Source: a virus. Taken from it: a stretch of 64,000 bases of DNA. Positions within the stretch are counted from its first letter, which is position 1. Every line of letters starts with the position of its first letter. Made by a program: the position numbers and the translations under genes. The stretch lies in IMG/VR virus record IMGVR_UViG_3300036670_000209, positions 1 to 64,000 of that record, one strand, 5' to 3'. Positions 60,161 through 64,000 of the stretch are shown piece after piece. Under the pieces are notes generated by a model. That model made no database searches, was not told the DNA's origin, and saw only the letters and a program-made list of their open reading frames with translations.

Positions 60161-60558
60161 ACTGGTTCCTTGTTTGTGGAGTGTTCCAAGAAAGTCACGT
60201 AGGGCAGCAATAGAATTGCCGCTGGGTCGTTGCTCAATGCACCCCATACCCGCAGTTGATCAGCGGTCATTGAAAGACAAGGGGCACAGTGATCGTAAAC
60301 AATCAGGGCCAGCAGTGCATCCCGCCACGTGCTATTAGCGGTACATGATGATGTGTATAATGTGGCGTCCCATATCAGGTGTCTTTTTGTATCCAATATT
60401 GCCCTCCTTGCTGAAACTCTGGCTGCGTCCGTTGCCTCTTGTCTTTCTGCACTCCAGCGCGTATTGCTGGACTCATGGTGAGTACTGGGATATGCTGTTA
60501 GGTTGGATCGCACCAAGTCAATATGTGCTGCATTGGGCAAGTGATTCCATCTATTCAT
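60157..60558 (-). CDS. WSHLPNA family member
   Basis: MNRWNHLPNAAHID; C-cap. Confidence 0.85.
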   Translation of the reverse strand: MNRWNHLPNAAHIDLVRSNLTAYPSTHHESSNTRWSAERQEATDAARVSARRAILDTKRHLIWDATLYTSSCTANSTWRDALLALIVYDHCAPCLSMTADQLRVWGALSNDPAAILLLPYVTFLEHSTNKEPV

Positions 60559-61048
60559 ATGTGTCTCTTGGTTGTTCATGTGTTGATTGCAACATCGGAT
60601 CAATTGGCTGTGTCTTGATGTTTTCTAATAAAGACACATAGGGCAGTAACAGCACACATGCTGGATCATCACTCAAGGCACTCCACACTCGTAGTTGATC
60701 TGCGGTCATGGTCAAATATCGGACACTGTGGTCATAGGCAATCAGTGCCAATATTGCATCCTGTACACTGTCCCATACACTATCCCAAATCGCCCTGCGT
60801 GCATCATAACGAGTCATTGTGGCACGAGAGACCAATTGGCACTGGGCGATTACCGCTGCTCTTGCACCATGCCGCAATGCGTCCCGTACTGCTTGCTGAG
60901 CCACTGACCATGCTGACTCCCGTGCCAACCAATTCCACTCCTGTTGCTTTGAAAAGAGTGGCGGGATAGATGCAATAGTAAACGATCGCAAGTAGGATAT
61001 CACCTGATCTATATGTGCCGCATTGGGCAAGTGATCCCATGCCGTCAT
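60551..61048 (-). CDS. WSHLPNA family member
   Basis: Both caps. Confidence 0.85.
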   Translation of the reverse strand: MTAWDHLPNAAHIDQVISYLRSFTIASIPPLFSKQQEWNWLARESAWSVAQQAVRDALRHGARAAVIAQCQLVSRATMTRYDARRAIWDSVWDSVQDAILALIAYDHSVRYLTMTADQLRVWSALSDDPACVLLLPYVSLLENIKTQPIDPMLQSTHEQPRDTYE

Positions 61049-61500
61049 GCCAGTCGCCCGGGGGTAGCATGTTCCAAGAAAGTCACATAGGGCAGTAACA
61101 GCACACCGGCTGAATCATCACTTAGGGCAGCCCACACTTGAAGTTCATCTGCGGTTACGGTCATGTATCGGTCACTGTGGTCATAGGCAATCAGGGCCAT
61201 TATTGCACCCACGGCTGCTCTCCAAGCTTCTCTTGGCGTATCTCTTGCCACATCCCGTGCCACATCCAATGCCGCATCCAATGCTATAATCCTTCCCATG
61301 GACCATATCGTATTAAATGCTGTATTAAATGCTGTATTCAATGCTGTATTCAATTCCGCAAGCTCTAAAAGTACAGCTGGCGCAACCACCTGTTTTTTGC
61401 CATGCACGGGTGACATAATGAATTCAGAGCAACACAACGGTATACCGGTCAGCACCTGGTCAATGTGTGTAGCGTTGGGCAAGTGACTCCATTCCGTCAT
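61045..61500 (-). CDS. WSHLPNA family member
   Basis: Both caps; NTAL/NTAF 4-residue repeats. Confidence 0.85.
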   Translation of the reverse strand: MTEWSHLPNATHIDQVLTGIPLCCSEFIMSPVHGKKQVVAPAVLLELAELNTALNTAFNTAFNTIWSMGRIIALDAALDVARDVARDTPREAWRAAVGAIMALIAYDHSDRYMTVTADELQVWAALSDDSAGVLLLPYVTFLEHATPGRLA

Positions 61501-61847
61501 ATTGATGTTGCCCCTATCATTGGCCCGTACGATTTTAGCCAGGGCAGCAGCAGGCGCCCGGCTGCGCAGTCGCTTAGCTCAATTATGATGGTTGCGCGGT
61601 CAATGGTCATGGAGTGGTATTTCTGACAGGTCGGGTCCATGATCAGTGCAACCAGTGCACACTGAATGATCACATTCTTTTCAATGTTGGGCACTGTGTC
61701 CCACATGCTGTTGAATCGTTTTTGCTGCGGCCAATCAAGTTCATCACGAGCATCCAGATACACGTGGTATGTGTCTGAGCAATACCATCGTGAATTGCAT
61801 GTGTTGCTTGACATTATCACTTGTTCTATGAGTTCTTGATTGTTCAC
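61497..61847 (-). CDS. WSHLPNA family, highly divergent array-leading member
   Basis: ALVALIMD.TC.KY.SMT.D...AAG.LLLPWL C-cap remnant. Confidence 0.5.
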   Translation of the reverse strand: MNNQELIEQVIMSSNTCNSRWYCSDTYHVYLDARDELDWPQQKRFNSMWDTVPNIEKNVIIQCALVALIMDPTCQKYHSMTIDRATIIIELSDCAAGRLLLPWLKSYGPMIGATSI

Positions 61848-62016
61848 AATAAGCCTACTGTTGATTTACTTGTTTGACTTGTATTTTAGCACAGGGTGTG
61901 AGCTAGGGCAGCAGAGATTTTCCCACTGAGTATGATCAAACAGCATCTGGCCTGCGCCACAATTGATCCATGGTATTCAATCAAATTGGAATACATTACC
62001 AGCAGTACCACCGTGG

Positions 62017-62241
62017 TCATGCTAAATTCTTCTTCATTCTGCGTAATTCTTCAGCTAGTACCGTAAAATTAGAGCTCATGTAAGAATATGCCTCTGCCCG
62101 TTTTGCACATTCTTCTACAATCAATGCAGCGAACTCTTCCAATTCAAATTCAGTAAATAATATTGCATTGCGGCGCCCCAGGCCCATTACGCCACTTGCT
62201 GCACCCACTTGTTGCGTCAGTTGCTCAACCAGTTTATTCAT
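62017..62241 (-). CDS. MNERI/FAELI family member
   Basis: MNKLVEQL..LEEFAALIVEEC. Confidence 0.65.
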   Translation of the reverse strand: MNKLVEQLTQQVGAASGVMGLGRRNAILFTEFELEEFAALIVEECAKRAEAYSYMSSNFTVLAEELRRMKKNLA

Positions 62242-62279
62242 TATTTTAATCCAAAATGTTGATTATTTTAATATGGTGG

Positions 62280-62648
62280 TTACAAGTTTAAACTCTTGCA
62301 TTCTTCAGATGTAAGTTTGGACAGTGCAGTGGCTTTTAGTCTTATTTTATCCAGATAACATTTTTCTGCATATTCTTCTTCCTTGTATGTTACATGTGTT
62401 TCCAACTTGGCCAAATCCAAATCTGCCGGTTGGCTCCACTCCGCATACAGTGTAAAAACTCTGTTACGATCTTTATTATCATGGAGACGAAACACACCAT
62501 TTTTAACAGTCAAAACAAAATTAAAATTATCAGCCCTTTCAAATACCGCCATCATGCGCTTGACATATGTATGTTGGGCAACTGACAATTTATCCAGTCT
62601 ATCTGTTTCTTCATGCACTGCGCTGTGCACCTTGGATTCTTTAACCAT
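62280..62648 (-). CDS. Hypothetical protein, KLTxEExxL.L family
   Basis: Paralogue of 51573-51938; promoter cassette at about 62649-62711. Confidence 0.75.
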   Translation of the reverse strand: MVKESKVHSAVHEETDRLDKLSVAQHTYVKRMMAVFERADNFNFVLTVKNGVFRLHDNKDRNRVFTLYAEWSQPADLDLAKLETHVTYKEEEYAEKCYLDKIRLKATALSKLTSEECKSLNL

Positions 62649-62742
62649 GACGTGCTCCTGATATAATGCTGCTTATGTGTTAATTATAGCATTATCTGAA
62701 TAAACTGTCAATTTCCAAAGTTAAAGTGGCTGCACTGATCAA

Positions 62743-63159
62743 TCATTTACCAATGGATGTCCGCAGATCCACATAGGGTAGAATCGCTTCTGGCTTAAAG
62801 GTTACCCGATAGTTATACACCCCCACTTGAAGTGCATCCTGTTGTTCCACAAAATAGGTCACATTATCTGATAGACCCAGGAAATGTTTTTTGTAGCTAT
62901 CTGCTGACGTTTTGCAAGTAATAGTGATCTGCCGTGGCTTGTCCTGGTTTCCCAGACTACACAGTCCTTCAATGGTAAGCATATAACCACCAGTGATACC
63001 ATTGTAGAATACCACACGGCGGTTGACTTCAAAGTTGTCAGCGGCCTTGCTGAGATTAGCACTGGCCATGTCGGCATCAGTGCATGCTGGTAACAGCAAC
63101 AGGCTGGATGTAGCCAGTAAAAGAGCAACTGATGTTTTGAGCATGTTGGATGTTTTCAT
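62743..63159 (-). CDS. Phage lipoprotein
   Basis: Lipobox LPAC; ADNFEVNRRVVFYNGITG..IEGLCS..YKKHFLGLSDNVTYFVEQ. Confidence 0.8.
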   Translation of the reverse strand: MKTSNMLKTSVALLLATSSLLLLPACTDADMASANLSKAADNFEVNRRVVFYNGITGGYMLTIEGLCSLGNQDKPRQITITCKTSADSYKKHFLGLSDNVTYFVEQQDALQVGVYNYRVTFKPEAILPYVDLRTSIGK

Positions 63160-63179
63160 AGTTTTTTCTTGGAAGTAAT

Positions 63180-63662
63180 TTAGGTATTATCGCGGGTATA
63201 CGGGAATGACAGGGTGGCAGCCCAGTGCATGGCATGACGTACTGCCAGACTGGCCAGTTGCTCAAAGGTCAAATTTTGTGTGTTGTGTTCCATGCCATGC
63301 ATAAGAAAGTTGCTGGCAATTTCCTTTTCCTGGTCAGTTAGGTAGCTAACCACTGGCGGCGCAGGTACAGGGGGCGGTACACTGGCGCCACACTGAGCAG
63401 CAATTTCATCCATGGTACTTAACTTGAGCCGGGTGGGTCGTATACCCTCCAGGGAAGTGGTTGCATTGCAGCCATCACTGAATTCTATCTGCACCCAATC
63501 ACCAGCCTCAGTGACACCCTGTGCGATCACTGAGCCAATCAGTCCCACGTATTCTTCAAAATAGGTGGCGTCGTCAGCCCAATCCGAGCCGTCCTCCAGT
63601 GATAGGCTTTCCAGGACTCGCAGGTCCACATGCAGTAGTTCGGCTTTATATTTTTTGGTCAT
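63180..63662 (-). CDS. Hypothetical protein
   Basis: AAGGA RBS and sigma70-like promoter upstream. Confidence 0.65.
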   Translation of the reverse strand: MTKKYKAELLHVDLRVLESLSLEDGSDWADDATYFEEYVGLIGSVIAQGVTEAGDWVQIEFSDGCNATTSLEGIRPTRLKLSTMDEIAAQCGASVPPPVPAPPVVSYLTDQEKEIASNFLMHGMEHNTQNLTFEQLASLAVRHAMHWAATLSFPYTRDNT

Positions 63663-64000
63663 GTGTTTCCTTGTTGGTTGTGATGATTGTACACTGATAC
63701 ACCCTGGTGGGTCAATCACTAACTATCAACGGTTAAGAAACATAACCAGCAGGCAGCCCAGTGCCACCACAGTGACAAAGGTGATCACCACCAGTGCGCT
63801 GCTCATGCGCTGTCGAATTTTTTCTGGTCCATGGTTCATATTATGTGTGCCCTGTTGAATTAGTTTGAATATGGAAAGTGCGTCCCCTACTGCTACCTGG
63901 TGTTCGGTGCAGTGGGCGTGCAGTTTTTGTGCACTTATCAGGTATTGTCCCTGAATGGCCGGTGACCAGTCACTGTGATTTTTGCTACATACCAGTGCAT

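Noticed and set aside
39900-61486. His/Pro/Met-rich plus-strand ORFs (MPHP repeats) and alternative-frame Gly/Cys ORFs
   Set aside because: Shadow frames of the 12-bp AAW repeats, which lack stops; no RBS or promoter support
38945-61847. CRISPR-like array (constant blocks alternating with variable segments)
   Set aside because: Units are about 360-500 bp intact ORFs with degenerate, codon-structured caps; no fixed-length repeats or spacers and no cas genes
38945-61847. Diversity-generating retroelement as the source of paralogue variation
   Set aside because: No reverse transcriptase or Avd in the window, no non-coding template repeat, and differences include in-frame indels and non-adenine changes; an RT elsewhere in the genome cannot be excluded
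1-64000. tRNA or rRNA genes, integrase, transposase
   Set aside because: None recognised by eye; tRNAscan-SE or ARAGORN was not run

Overview
A 64-kb segment of a large lytic, T4-related (jumbo-type) tailed phage genome, almost all coded on the minus strand. Spanins and a TctC/TctA transporter suggest a Gram-negative host; UvsE suggests a sunlit habitat (both inference). Left part (1-26.4 kb), with TAAATA late-type promoters: family B DNA polymerase, DsbA-like protein, a candidate structured ncRNA, putative internal head proteins with capsid-targeting-like N-termini, nucleotidyltransferase, glycosyltransferase, ClpA, DnaJ, GH19 endolysin plus spanins, a TctA/TctC + ferritin-like + glutamine amidotransferase + sulfotransferase-like + methyltransferase cluster, PhoH, radical SAM and HAD enzymes. 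Right part (26.4-64 kb), with sigma70 promoters: many small early genes including NadV and NadM-Nudix (NAD salvage), RNA ligase, macrodomain, UvsE, an AAA ATPase and three Cxx-repeat proteins. The standout feature is a family of about 25 paralogues, mostly in three translationally coupled tandem arrays, with constant caps around a hypervariable Ala/Trp 4-residue-repeat core, and blocks shared between distant copies. Also notable: a second ~10-member constant-end family, a repeated early-promoter cassette with an ACCC-N11-GGGT dyad around the -35 box, and a leader hairpin shared by the two NAD-salvage transcription units. Functional calls come from motif recognition by eye; no searches were run.
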